Below, in pieces: positions 44,378 through 57,215 of a stretch of 64,000 nt of DNA. The notes beneath the pieces are model-generated. The model was not told the DNA's origin and did not search any database. It worked only from the letters and a program-made list of their open reading frames with translations. Source of the stretch: Octopus sinensis (lineage: Eukaryota); contig NC_043026.1 in assembly GCF_006345805.1 (NCBI RefSeq), forward strand, positions 9,362,001 through 9,426,000. Direction: 5' to 3'. The position numbers were made by a program, and so were the translations under genes. The stretch's first letter is position 1, and every line of letters starts with the position of its first letter.

Positions 44378-44584
44378 GGTCCTACTAGCGAACAGTGGTC
44401 CCGATGCACGCATCCACGCTCGCTAGTCCTAAGTAGTTGATCCTAAATAATTTTTTAAACTAATGAATTATTTTTAGAAACAAACTAAGGTTGGGGTTAT
44501 GGTTAAAAAGTCGTTGTAGGATCGACTACTTACGACTAGCTAGCGCGTGTGCACGCACCGGGACCACTGTTCGCTAGTAGTACC
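44378..44584. mobile_element. MITE with TIR GGT(A/C)CTACTAGCGAACAGTGGTCCCG, nested in a SINE
   Basis: About 26-bp TIRs with flanks TATAGATA/TATATATA. Related single ends lie at ~46855 and 53230. Confidence 0.8.
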
Positions 44585-44981
44585 TATATATATGTTTGTG
44601 TGTCTGTGTTTGTCTCCTCAACATCGCTTGACAACCGATGGTAGTGTGTTTACGTTCCCGTAACTTAGCGGATCGATAGAATAAGTCCTAGGCTTACAAA
44701 GAATACGTCCTGGGGTTGATTTGCTCGACTAAAGGCGGTGCTCCAGCATGGCCGCAGTCAAATGACTGAAACAAGTAAAAGAGTAAGAGTATATTTGAAT
44801 CAACAACTGCTATAAACGACCTCCCTCTAAATTAATTAACAATATCACCAGCGGCGCCTCCCTGGCACTTGTGCCGGTGGTCCGTGAAAAGAACATTCGA
44901 GCGAGGGCGTTGCCAGGGCCGCTGGACTGACACCTATGTAGGTGACACGTAAAAACACCATTTGAGCGTGGCCGTTGCTAG

Positions 44982-45938
44982 TACCTATTTCTTTACTACC
45001 CACAAGGGGCTAAAGACAGAGAGGACAAACGGATTAAGTTGATTACATCGACCCCAGTGTGTAACTGGTACTTAATTTATCGGCCCCAAAAGGATGAAAG
45101 GCAAAGTCGACCTCGACGGAATTTGAACTCAGAACGTAACGGCAGATGAAATACCTATTTCTTTATTACCCACAAGGGGCTAAACACAGAGGGGACAAAC
45201 AAGGACAGACATGGGTATTAAGTCGATTACATCGACTCCAGTGCGTAACTGGTACTTATTTAATCGACGCCGAAAGGATGAAAGGCAAAGTCGACCTCGG
45301 CGGAATTTGAACTCAGAACGTAACGGCAGATGAAATACCTATTTCTTTATTACCCACAAGGGGCTAAACACAGAGGGGACAAACAAGGACAGACATGGGT
45401 ATTAAGTCGATTACATCGACTCCAGTGCGTAACTGGTACTTAATTTATCGACCCCGAAAGGATGAAAGTCAAAGTCGACCTCGGCGGAATTTGAACTCAG
45501 AACGTAACGGCAGATGAAATACCTATTTCTTTATTACCCACAAGGGGCTAAACACAGAGGGGACAAACAAGGACAGACACGGGTATTAAGTCGATTACAT
45601 CGACTCCAGTGCGTAACTGGTACTTAATTTATCGACCCCGAAAGGATGAAAGTCAAAGTCGACCTCGGCGGAATTTGAACTCAGAACGTAACGGCAGATG
45701 AAATACCTATTTCTTTATTACCCACAAGGGGCTAAACACAGAGGGGACAAACAAGGACAGACATGGGTATTAAGTCGATTACATCGACTCCAGTGCGTAA
45801 CTGGTACTTAATTTATCGATCCCGAAAGGATGAAAGGCAAAGTCGACCTCGACGGAATTTGAACTCAGAACGTAACGGCAGCGAAATACCGCTAAGCATT
45901 TCCCCCGGCGTGCTAACGATTCTGCCAGCTCGCCACCT
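44982..45938 (-). mobile_element. Multimeric tRNA-derived SINE (one head plus about five ~185-bp bodies)
   Basis: Head GGCGAGCTGGCAGAATCGTTAG at ~45935, with B-box GAGTTCAAATTCC in every unit. The same family occurs at 677-783, 11737-12105, 25070-25300, 34760-35122, 41405-41635 and 58180-58342. Confidence 0.8.
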
Positions 45939-46054
45939 GACATGCACATATATATACCATCTTACACGCAGACGCGCACATAGATGCAAATAATTAAACA
46001 CCCCGCCGAATTTGAACTCAAAACGTAACCCCTGACGAAATACGGCCAACGTGA

Positions 46055-46592
46055 AACCAATATTTCATACGCATGCGCACTAAACCTATTTCCACTTCCA
46101 TTCATTACGTCTTGACAAGCGTGTCGGGCCCCGGAATTTCTCTCAATTCACTCCCAAACACATTTATAATACATTTCTCAACCACCTGACGCACTTCTAA
46201 CAACAACACCATCCTTTATAAAGACATTCCCGTAAGTATTAAACTATTTAATTTCTAAATACTTCCTGTCTCAGATGTCCTTTGATTTGTGCGACGTTTG
46301 GCTGCTATTTCTAGCTATGGAGGCTACATTCTACACTTTCCATCATTTTCCCACGTTTCTTGTGTTTTCACTGTGGATAAATGCCAGAAACGGCCTCAGA
46401 CTCACCGATATCTTAAATCGTAAACAGAAGCAACCAGGGGCGAAGAATAGGGTTGAAAAAAAATCATAAATGTGTTTATGAAGAGAAAAACTTCAAAAGA
46501 TGGGAAAGTGAAACGAGGAGGGTTGTCTTAGGACGTGCTAGAAACAACAGCCAAATCTCCCTTAAATCACACTTTTTCCTTTGAAAATATTT
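46055..46592. promoter_or_regulatory. Cassette copy 4, inverted, upstream of H
   Basis: Reverse complement of the cassette. TACGCATGCGCA at 46068-46079, GTAAGT at 46232(+, facing H) and GTGAGT at 46405(-). Confidence 0.6.
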
Positions 46593-47106
46593 AATCTTTT
46601 AATACTTTGTGTCTCATGTGTCCTTTGATCTGTTCGACATTTGGCTGCTATTTCTAGCTGTGGAGTCTACCTTCTACACCAGGGTGGGGGAAACCTCACT
46701 TCCGGCCAATAAACTTTGGCGATCTTTCGTTTTGACTCGGAATAAAGTAAGCATTGAATTCGGCCGTTTCTGTGACCCCGTGTGTGTGTGTGAGTGCTTC
46801 TTCTGTATATGTTTGTGTCCTGTTTTTTTTTTTTTCTTAATTATTATTACGACTTATGAACAGTGGTCCCAGGGCGCGCACTCGCGGACCCGCGCTAGCT
46901 AGTCATGACTAGTCGAGCTTTACTTTGTGCTGTGCTTTTATGTGTTATTTACTCTGTTTAAAAAATTATTTGGGTATTCGGCGATCTTTCGGTATAAGTA
47001 CCGGATACATTAAAAAAAAAAAAGTGTATTTTTTATATATTTTACGAACTGCACATTTTCACTAGTACTAATCTGCTACTAAAATGAAAGGGACAATAAT
47101 AGGGAA

Positions 47107-47581
47107 TCTTTATATATAAAAGTGAAGTTGTGTGTGTCTCCTACGATTTAGATTCCTAACTACTCCCACATTTTGCGGTGCAGTGTAACCAAAACCGGGT
47201 ATCTTATAGTCATGATTCATATCGAGCCCGTCTGGGTATTAGCGCGCGTCTACGATGAGTCTACGATTTTAAAAAAATTTACCATCATTTTTTCCCATTT
47301 TAAATGCATTTTTTCGCTATTATATAAGGGAGGTAACTCTCTAAAAATGTCTACGATGAGTCAACGATTTTTAAAAAAATTTACCATCATTTTTTTCCAT
47401 TTTAATGCATTTTTTCGCTATTATATAAGGGAAGTAACTCTCTAAAAATGTCTACGATGAGTCAACGATTCAAAAAAAATTTACCATCATTTTTTCCCAT
47501 TTTTTTTTGCTATAACTCTCTAAGAATGCTTATATAGTTATTTCCCTTAGAAATTCGAGCAACGCCGGGCGATACCGCTAG
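47107..47581 (+). mobile_element. Non-autonomous Helitron
   Basis: A|TC...CTAG|T termini, a subterminal GC hairpin (CGAGCAACGCCGGGCG) and internal ~100-bp tandem repeats. Confidence 0.85.
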
Positions 47582-47894
47582 TTGTAAATAAAGGGAGTTG
47601 TAAGAATTTGCTCCTAAAAGCCTGTAAAGGAACTGGTTGTGTCTTTACACTGTTCGGGTGCAACACAATTTCCATTTTTGTTTCCAGAAACTACCAGCCA
47701 GGAACAAGAAAGCAACCTTGAAAAATATATGACTCTTTATTTTCTTATTTACAAAAAGAAGGCACGTTGGTAAATTAGTAACCTCTTGGTGTCGGTGCAG
47801 CAATGCTGAAGTTTAACACTTGTAAGATAAACCTCACAACAAATTCAGGAGCAACAGAGCAGGTCAAATCCCAAGCGTCTGGGACAGGAGAATA

Positions 47895-48760
47895 CATTTC
47901 TTTACTACCCACAAGGGGCTAAACACAGAGGGGACAAACAAGGACAGACATAGGTATTAATTCGATTATACCGACCCCAGTGCGTAACTGGTACTTAATT
48001 TATTGACCCTGGAGGGATGAAAGGCAAAGTCGACCTCGGCGGAATTTGAACTCACAACGTAACGACGTACGAAATACCTATTTCTTTATTACCCACAAGG
48101 GGCTAAACACAGAAGGGACAAACAAGGACAGACAAAGGGATTAAGTCGATTACATCGACCCTGAAAGGATGAAAGGCCAAGTCGACCTCGGCGGAATTTG
48201 AACTCGCAACGTAACGACATACGAATACCTATTTTTTTATTACCCACAAGGGGCTAAACACAGAAGGACAAACAAGGACAGACAAAGGGATTAGTCGATT
48301 ACATTGACCTGAAAGGATGAAAGGCCAAGTCGACCTCGGCGGAATTTGAACTCACAACGTAACGACATACGAAATACCTCTTATTACCCACAAGGGGCTA
48401 AAACACGAAGGGACAAACAAGGACAGACAAAGGGATTAAGCGATTACATCGACCCTGAAAGGATGAAAGGCCAAGTCGACCCTGCGGCGGAATTTGACTC
48501 ACAACGTAACGACATACGAAATACCTATTTCTTTATTACCACAAGGGGCCCTAACACGAAGGGACAAACAAGGACAGACAAAGGGATTAAGTCGATTATA
48601 TCGACCCCAGTGCGTAACTGGTACTTAATTTATCGACCCCCCGAAAGGATGAAAGGCAAAGTCGACCTCAGCGGAATTTGAACTCGGAACGTTACGGCAG
48701 ACGAAATACGACTACGCAATTCACCCGGCGTGCTAACGATTCTGCCAGCTCACCGCCAAT
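47895..48760 (-). mobile_element. Multimeric tRNA-derived SINE flanked by one 16-bp TSD
   Basis: CTGGGACAGGAGAATA at 47879-47894 and 48762-48777 encloses one head and about five bodies. Confidence 0.85.
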
Positions 48761-49065
48761 ACTGGGACAGGAGAATAGGCTCATCACACGTTTAAGACAC
48801 GTCCTCTCCCTTCAAAAGCCGTGTCTCAAGTGACCGATGCTAATAAGGAACGCTATAGAAATTTTTTTTTTTACCCAGTTTTTAGCGCATGTGCATGAGG
48901 GAACTTCCTTAGGCCTTTCCAGAAGGTTGCAGCCCCGCACGCGCACCCTGAAGAATGACGTCACTACAAGCTAACCAATCAGAGCTAACTAAATTCTTAC
49001 CACGTGGTCTTGTAAATTTTATTCTCCCGCACTTTTTAGTAGCACAGATTATTACTCGTGTGAAG

Positions 49066-49940
49066 ATGTTGTCTGAATTCCTGCCTCTTCTTAGAGACTT
49101 TGAAACGACGTATTCGTTTCTGAAGGAGAAGAAAGTGCTCAATAGTGTTCATCCCATGTGTACAATGCCAGAAAGAGATGACGCTGATAAAGTACAACGA
49201 TGAGAGATATCCGCTGCCCGACGCACAAAGGTGTGAAGGTGTCCATCCGGAAGAATTCCTACCTTGAAAAGTCCAGGCTAAAGCTACGTGATTTCCTCAC
49301 ATTAACATTTTCATGGAGTCTCAACATAGCGATTCCAGCAGCAACAGCACTGACCGGTTTGTCCAAAAGCACCGTGATCCAGTGGTATTACTATATCCGC
49401 GATATTACGAGCAACCACCTTCACAAGAACCCATACCAAATTGGTGGAGTCGGGCACATCGTTGAAATTGGTGAATGGAAATATAACAGAGGTGGGATGC
49501 CACAAGGGAGGTTTGTTTTCGGAGGATGGGATAGAGAAGACAAGAATGGTTTTCTAGCCGTCGTACCTGACCATTCCTCCGAAAGTCTGCTACCCGTCAT
49601 CGAGAAATTTATAAGACCAGGCACTACGGTTTATTCGGATAGTTGGGGTGCTTACAATGGGATTGCTGAAATGGATGTGACACCCAAATACATCCATTTC
49701 ACAGTCAACCATTCCAAGAATTTCGTTGATCCAGTGACACACGTACACACGAATTCTGTGGCGTGTTACTGGAAGAATGCGAAAAGGCGCTTTAAGACGA
49801 TGATGGGGGCACACTCCAACATGATGGAGCTGTATCTGGACGAATTCCTTTGGAAGAACCGATATGGGAAGTGTGGGAAAGAGTGTTTTGAGAATATTCT
49901 CAAACACCTTTCCGAATGGTACACATTCGAAGAAGCGTGA
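49066..49940 (+). mobile_element. Merlin/IS1595(ISXO2)-like DDE transposase pseudogene
   Basis: IGGVGHIVEIGE, FVFGG, IRPGTTVYSDSWGAY, VNHSKNFVDP, HTNSVACYW and YLDEFLWK. The first catalytic D (VEIDE>VEIGE) and the E (NSVE>NSVA) appear to be lost, and the N-terminus is frameshifted. Confidence 0.88.
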
Positions 49941-50140
49941 TGAACAAATGTGAGATATTAATTTTTTTATTTACTTTGTTTAATTTGTGTAAAAAAAGAT
50001 ATATATACATCTGTGTGAAGTTCAGTTTAAAGTTTATAAATAAATGCATTTCATTCCATGTTCTGTTTAAACTTTATAAATAAATGTATTCTTGCATTAT
50101 TCATTATTGTTTTTAAAAAAGAAATCACACCAAATCTGCC

Positions 50141-50615
50141 CAAATGACCACCACCATCGCGATCACATACAACAATCATACGTGTGTATGTGTATATATA
50201 TATGGCTATATGTCTGACTAATGTCTGTGTGTCTGTATAAGTAGTTATATGCTTATATTATCCATTATAGTAATATTTGTCTTAAGGCGGTCAATAGTTT
50301 AATTAAAGATGTGTCTATACATGTATATATATTTATACATGTGTATACATTACACATGTATATATATATATGTATACACATGTATATATACATATGTATA
50401 TATATACATGTATAGACACATCTTTAATTAAACTATTGACCGCCTTAAAACGGATTTCAACAGACAAATATTACTATAATGGATAATATAAGCATATAAC
50501 TATTTATACAGACACACAGACATTAGTTAGACATATAGCCACATATACACACACACACACACGTGTGTATGATTGGTGTATGTGATCGCGGTGGGGGTGG
50601 TGGTGGTGGTCATTG
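50141..50615. repeat. ~470-bp near-perfect palindrome
   Basis: The arms pair almost throughout (e.g. TTAAGGCGGTCAATAGTTTAATTAAAGATGTGTCTATACATG and its reverse complement) around a TA-rich centre at ~50365. Confidence 0.9.
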
Positions 50616-51255
50616 GTGGTGCGTAAATTAACGAAGGTACAAACCTGACGTAAATACACGAAGTTGACGACTTTCACTTCTGACAGCTAAAAGCACGACA
50701 GTGCCAAAAAAAATAATAATTAAGTTTAAAAAATTGGCAATCTTTCGATTACCAAAAAATTATTTACTTTGTTCAAAAAATATGTAAAAAAAAAAAAAGA
50801 AAAAAGATTTACGGAAATCGACGGAAAGGTCTACTAGAGACGAAAGATTGCCTTAATGGCAATTAATTTTCAAGAATCATTTACTTGCGTTTTATTTAAT
50901 TTGTTCGATACAGTTCTGATTTGCGCATGCGCAAATGAGCTCATTTGCATACGCCCTAGTCGTAGTATCGACTACGTGCGTCGCCGCGCAACGGGACCTG
51001 TATACGCCAGTAGTACCCTCAAGTTCTAACTCTTATACCTGTGTCAAATCTATATTTATAAAGCTTAGTACCGAAGGGTACTTGTATCGCAGAGTGGTCC
51101 CGGTTTGCGCACACACGCAGACGCGCGTCCGCGCTAGCCAGACGTAGCCAGTCGATCCTACGAGCTGGCTGGCGCATGCACGATATATATGATATATACT
51201 TGTATCGATATATACGTATTTACTTGTATACATACGATATATTTACTTGTATACA

Positions 51256-52814
51256 TACTTGTCTATTGTCGTGGTCCCGGTTTCGCACACGCGAATTCGC
51301 GCGCGCGCGCCAGACGTAGGTACTCGAGATCCTACGAGGTGACTTGCGCAGTGCAGAATTCGAGCATGCGCGTTAACCCCCCCCCCAAAAAAAGAAAAGG
51401 TGTTGGATTTCACTAAAAATATGTGTGTGTGTGTATATATAACATTTTCAATTTTACACAAAAAAATTACATAGTCGCTTTCCTCGCGGATTTACAGATA
51501 AATGAATTAATTACTATTTTACAGAATAAAATTAATGAATTAATTATATAAATTAAATAATTCTTAAATTAATTAATATTAATAATATTTTTTGAACAAA
51601 GTAAATAATTTATAAAACTTGGTTAATAATTCTTTTTACACAAACGCGAACGTATATAATTTGTGAACCTTTTTTTTTTTTTACAGACGTATATAATTTG
51701 GTAAACTTAATGAATTAATTTCTTCTCATCATCATCATCGTTTAACGTCCGTTCTCCATGCCAGCATGGGTTGGACGGTTCGACCGGGGATCTCGGAAGC
51801 CAGAAGGCTGCACCAGACTCCAGTCTTATCTGGCAATGTTTCTACAGCTGGATGCCCTTCGGAATTTTTCGGAAAGAATTTAGTGCGAAAAATTTATACA
51901 TTTATACACAAAGACCTGTTGAGGCAAGCGAAGTTGATATCGAACCTCATCCCACGACAGGCACCCATGCCAACCCCCTTTGCTTGCGAAGACATGTTGG
52001 GGCAAGTGTGACACCCGGCAAATGCCAGGACCCCTGGACTGGTGGTACGTAAAAAGCACTATCCGAATCGTGGCCGATGCCAGAGCCGCCTCGACTGGCA
52101 CCAATCCGACCGTGGCCGTTGCCAGCCTCGCCTGGCACCTGTGCGGGTGGCATGTAAAAAGCACCCACTACACTCTCGGAGTGGTTGGCGTTAGGAAGGG
52201 CATCCAGCTGTAGAAACATTGCCAGATAAGACTGGAGTCTGGTGCAGCCTTCTGGCTTCCCAGATCCCCGGTCGAACCGTCCAACCCATGCTGGCATGGA
52301 GAACGGACGTTAAACGATGATGATGATGAGAAGAAATTAATTCATTAAGTTTACCAAATTATATACGTCTGTAAAAAAAAAAAAAGTTTCACAAATTATA
52401 TACGTTCGCGTTTGTGTAAAAAAAATTATTAACCAAGTTTTATAAATCATTTACTTTGTTCAAAAAATATTATTAATATTAATTAATTTTCAAGAATTAT
52501 TTAATTTATATAATTAATTCATTAATTTTATTCTGTAAAATAGTAATTAATTCATTTATCTGTAAATCCGCGAGGAAAGCGACTATGTAATTTTTTTGTG
52601 TAAAATTGAAAATGTTATATATATATACACACACACACATATTTTTAGTGAAATCCAACACCTTTTCTTTTAGGGGGGGGTTAACGCGCATGCGCGAATT
52701 CTGCACTGCGCATGCGCAGGTCACCTCGTAGGATCTCGAGTATCGAGTACCTACGTCTGGCGCGCGCGCGCGAATTCGCGTGTGCGAAACCGGGACCACG
52801 ACAATAGACAAGTA
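51256..52814. repeat. Large inverted repeat, ~610-bp arms with 334-bp spacer
   Basis: 51256-51860 is the near-identical reverse complement of 52195-52814. Confidence 0.92.
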
Positions 52815-53438
52815 CCCGATATATACTTGTATCGCACGTCCCCGATTCGCAGTGGGACTGAACCCGGTACCATGTGGTTGGTAAGCAAGTTACATCACCA
52901 CACAGCCACTCCTACGTCTATTATGTAAGATAAATATAGAGACTCTGGGTTAAAGGACATCGTCCACAGCCGGTTCGAGGGTACAGTAAGTGTACAAATG
53001 GCATTTTAAGTATTCCATGTGCAAAGACATAATGCCCTGCCCCACCCTCATGAGGATGGTTTCGTTTGTGATGATGTCCTCCATGATTATAATCAAACTG
53101 AGAAGACCCACCCACATCAGTGAAACTGAGTTCTAGAAGTGCTGTGTGTCCCACCCACACTTAACAAGAGAGCTTCTCACCCCCACCCCACATCACCACA
53201 ACAAACCAAACTACTTTAGCACATCCTTTGGTACTACTAGCGAACAGCGGTCCTGGTGCGCGCACTCGCGCTAGCTAGTCATGAGTATTCGAACCTACAA
53301 CGACTTGCGCGTATGGTTGTATTTCGTTTGGTTTCCTTGTATGCCTCCACTGTCCTAGTTTTGTTCCCAACTTTGACTCTCTATAAATCCAAAATTTTAT
53401 TTTGGAATTTATGAGAGCAACTGTCTACAAAGGGTTAA

Positions 53439-53658
53439 CCCTTTCGTTACCAACCCGGCTGAAACCGGCTCTGGATCTGAGTATAAATGTCATGTTTTCA
53501 TAAGTTCTGAATAAAAGTTATCCACCAAACCTTAGTCACAATTTATGTTCCTGACACTAGTTGAATGATAACTAAGTTATTTTACTAAATTCTTTGTTAT
53601 ATTTAAAGTAATTGAAAGAAACACAGAGCATCTCAAAAGAAATATGGTAACGAAAGGG
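53439..53658. mobile_element. piggyBac-like MITE
   Basis: TTAA|CCCTTTCGTTACCA ... TGGTAACGAAAGGG|TTAC. Confidence 0.75.
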
Positions 53659-54461
53659 TTACTGAGGAGTAGATGGACAGGCAGCAACTGATGGAGGGTT
53701 GTTCTCTGTATTGCCCTCATTTTCCATTTTTATTTCTCTTGTTTGCATATTTAACTTGTTTGTCTTCGTATTTCATGTTGTTTACACAGTAGGTGATGTC
53801 CTGTAGCCATATATGCATCACTAAGTCTTTCTTTACTAAAACCTGAGTGTTATACTAATACATCTGTTTGTTTTGTACACCACCTGTCTTCGTCTTTTGT
53901 TTTTTTCATAAACTCTCCCTATACATATGTATAATCAAATGTGAATGTGTAGTCAGAGTTCAGGAATATGTTGGTTTCAAACAAGATTTTCTGATGTGAA
54001 TTTTAATAAATTAAAAAGTTCTTTTGTTCAGTTAAATGTTTCTATCTAGAGTTTATCTTTATAGAAATGATGAATCTGTATTTTTTTAAGTAGCCGCTAT
54101 ATCACACTGTTGTTTCTTTATTATTTCAGAATATCAGATGACATTGGCATAACCAAAGATACATTCTCATTATTTATCATCTTTTAAAGACCAGAATGAA
54201 AATATTTTACTGAACAGATATATAAGATTGTTTCTATAAATCTGTGGTGGAATTCCTCTGATATATTTACTCTGAATTGTGTTATTAGCAAATCTTCTGG
54301 ACATCACTGGCTGGAGTGTCTACAAGATGAGCCTGTTTGCAAATTATACTGGGAAAAAATTTACCAAAGAGTTTGGTGACAAGGATAACACTGGACAGCA
54401 ATACAGCAGTTGAAATATTTGGAAACAAAAGACTACTGAAGCAAGAAGTAGAATAAAAATA

Positions 54462-55634
54462 ATGGAAAAGAGTGAGAAAATAAAGGAACTGATTTTTCCT
54501 GAAGATAAAGAAAAAGGGACACAAAAATTGTCGCATAAGTGTGATGTGTGTAAAAAGTATTTCTCTCAAAAGAGCAGCTTGAATGCGCACAAACGTATTC
54601 ATAGAGGAGAGAAGCCCCATCACTGTGACATTTGTGGTAACTCATTCCGTCGAAATTATACCTTGACTGTACACAAACGTAATCATAGAGGAGAGAAGCC
54701 TTATCATTGTGACATCTGTGGTAAATCATTCTCTCGAAATTATAACTTGACTATTCACAAACGTATTCATACAGGGGAGAAGCCTTTTCACTGTGATGTC
54801 TGTGGTAAATCATTCTCTCGCAGTGGCATCTTAGTTTCTCACAAGCGTTTCCATACGGGGGAGAAGCCATTTCGCTGTGACATCTGTGGTAAATCATTCT
54901 TTCGGGAAAGTAGCTTGACCACACACAAATATATTCATACAGGAGAGAAGCCATATCCCTGTGATGTCTGTGGTATACCATTCTCTGGTCGAAGGGCTTC
55001 GTATTCTCACATATGTGTTCATACAAAGGAAAAACGATTTCGCTGTGGCATCTGTGATAAATCATTCTTCGAAAAAGGTAACTTGAATACACACAAACGT
55101 ATTCATACAGGAGAGAGGCCATATCACTGTGATATCTGTGGTATGTCATTCTCTGTCCAAAGTATTTTAAAATCTCACAAACGTGTTCATACAGGAGAGA
55201 AGCCTTTTCACTGTGATGTCTGTAGTAAATCATTCTCTCAGAGGAGTGCTTTAACTACCCACGTACGTGTTCATACAGGAGAGAAACCATATTGCTGTGA
55301 CATTTGTAACAAATCTTTCTCATTCAAAAATAGCGTGATTAATCACAAACGCATTCATTCAGGAGAAACACCATATCACTGTGACTTTTGTGACAAATCA
55401 TTCTCTCAAAAGGGTGTCTTAACTGGACACAAACGTATTCATACAGGAGAGAAGCCCTATCGCTGTGATATCTGTGGCAAATTGTTCTCCAGAACTAGTT
55501 CTTTGACTACACACAAACGTATTCATACTGGAGAGAAGCCATATTCTTGTGATATCTGTGGTAAATCATTCACTCAACGTGGCAACTTAACTTCTCACAA
55601 ACGTGTTCATCAGGGGAAGAAGCAATCCCACTGA
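54462..55634 (+). CDS. C2H2 ZNF gene H, 390 aa, 13 fingers
   Basis: Intact ORF starting [15 protein letters not shown] with 13 fingers. Acceptor at 54128-54129. Confidence 0.93.
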   Translation: MEKSEKIKELIFPEDKEKGTQKLSHKCDVCKKYFSQKSSLNAHKRIHRGEKPHHCDICGNSFRRNYTLTVHKRNHRGEKPYHCDICGKSFSRNYNLTIHKRIHTGEKPFHCDVCGKSFSRSGILVSHKRFHTGEKPFRCDICGKSFFRESSLTTHKYIHTGEKPYPCDVCGIPFSGRRASYSHICVHTKEKRFRCGICDKSFFEKGNLNTHKRIHTGERPYHCDICGMSFSVQSILKSHKRVHTGEKPFHCDVCSKSFSQRSALTTHVRVHTGEKPYCCDICNKSFSFKNSVINHKRIHSGETPYHCDFCDKSFSQKGVLTGHKRIHTGEKPYRCDICGKLFSRTSSLTTHKRIHTGEKPYSCDICGKSFTQRGNLTSHKRVHQGKKQSH

Positions 55635-56403
55635 TATTTGCGCTAAATCATAATCTGTAAGGGGTGACTGAGCCCTTTACCATGCAGATTATTCTGTCGA
55701 ATGTGAGGGTTATTTATTCACATAATTTTCAATTTGTCATGCATTCACCCACAGCTTTCAAGTTTTGATGATTGTAGGGTAGGTATGAGAGGCTGTGTCT
55801 AACTTGTTTGAACTAAAATTGGTAGAATGTTTAAGCCAGATACGGCAAGTTTAAATGCTGAAGGGTTAACACTAGAAGTACCAAGATTTCTTATTACTTA
55901 CAAGAACCATAGTGATCATTTTTGACTGTCATTGAAAATCTTATTTAATAGAATTTTTTTAAATATAAACAAATGCAGTGAATAAAGGATTTGAAAATGC
56001 ATTCTTTTAGCATTCATTTACATGCAAAAAATATATACCTATATATATGTGGAGGCGCAATGGCCCGGTGGTATGGGCAGCAGACTCGTGGTTTTGATTC
56101 CCAGACCGAGTGTTGTGAGTGTTTATTGAGCGAAAACACCTAAAAGCTCCATGAGGCTCCGACAGGGTGTGGTGATCCTGCTGTATTCTTTTACCACTCT
56201 TTCTTCTGTTGGCCTGCTCGCTTAGCCAGCGGGGTGGCATCATTCGAAGGCTAAAACAATGCGGATGCATTGTGACCAGCGATGTGTAACTACATCTGAT
56301 GGACTGGTCGGATTTTTAAACGGCGGTGCATCAGCATGGCTGCAGCTTTGAGCTGAAACTAGGAAAAAAAAAATGAAATGATGCTTTCAATTGCACATTC
56401 AAT

Positions 56404-57215
56404 ACAGTTGTAGAAATTAAAAAGTAATAAGCAGAATTGGTGAATAATGACCGCTCGGTACTTCTGGTGTTCACTAAATGTGTATCTATTCATATAGATG
56501 TATGACTATCAATGTGACAATTCATAAGAACAATAAGCATTTTGAGCTCCTCCTAAATTGGTGATAGTGTTCTGGGCTTTCTCCATGGCATTAACCAAGC
56601 TACTCATCAGGGAATTGCTGTAATTGTCAAAGCTCCTTCTATGACAAAACAGTAAATAAATAAGGGACACTTTCTACAACTGTATTCACACAGGAATGGA
56701 GAAAGAACTGTGTGTGGTAACAACTTCCCACCTCTATAGTTTGTAAGATAACTTACCTGTGGGATATGCTTTTTAAAAACATGAGCTCCTCCTAAAATGG
56801 TAGTGTTGTGGGCTTTCTCCATAAAAATATATATCTATGCACATATACTTGATATGATGTTCATGATAGCACATTTAAAACAGTTGTAGAAATTAAAATG
56901 TAATAAGCAGAATTGGTGATAAATGACCGCTCGGTACTTCTGGTGTTAACTAAATGTGTATCTATTCATATAGATGTGTGACTATCAATGTGACAATTCA
57001 TAAGAACAATAAGCATTTTGAGCTCCTCCTAAATTGGTGATAGTGTTCTGGGTTTTCTCCATTACATTAACCAAGCTACTCATCAGGGAATTGCTGTAAT
57101 TGTCAAAGCTCCTTCAAGGCCAAAGAAAGAAAAAGGGACACTCTGTAACTGTAAATGTATTCACACAGGAGAGGAGGTAGAGCAGTGTGTGATAACAGCC
57201 TCCCAACTCTAACCT
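56404..57215. repeat. Local tandem duplication, ~476-bp period
   Basis: ACAGTTGTAGAAATTAAAA...GCTCCTTC recurs at 56404 and 56880. Confidence 0.85.

Noticed and set aside
44982-48760. Regular repeat arrays as possible CRISPR
   Set aside because: The units are full tandem SINE bodies with no unique spacers, there are no cas genes, and the context is eukaryotic.
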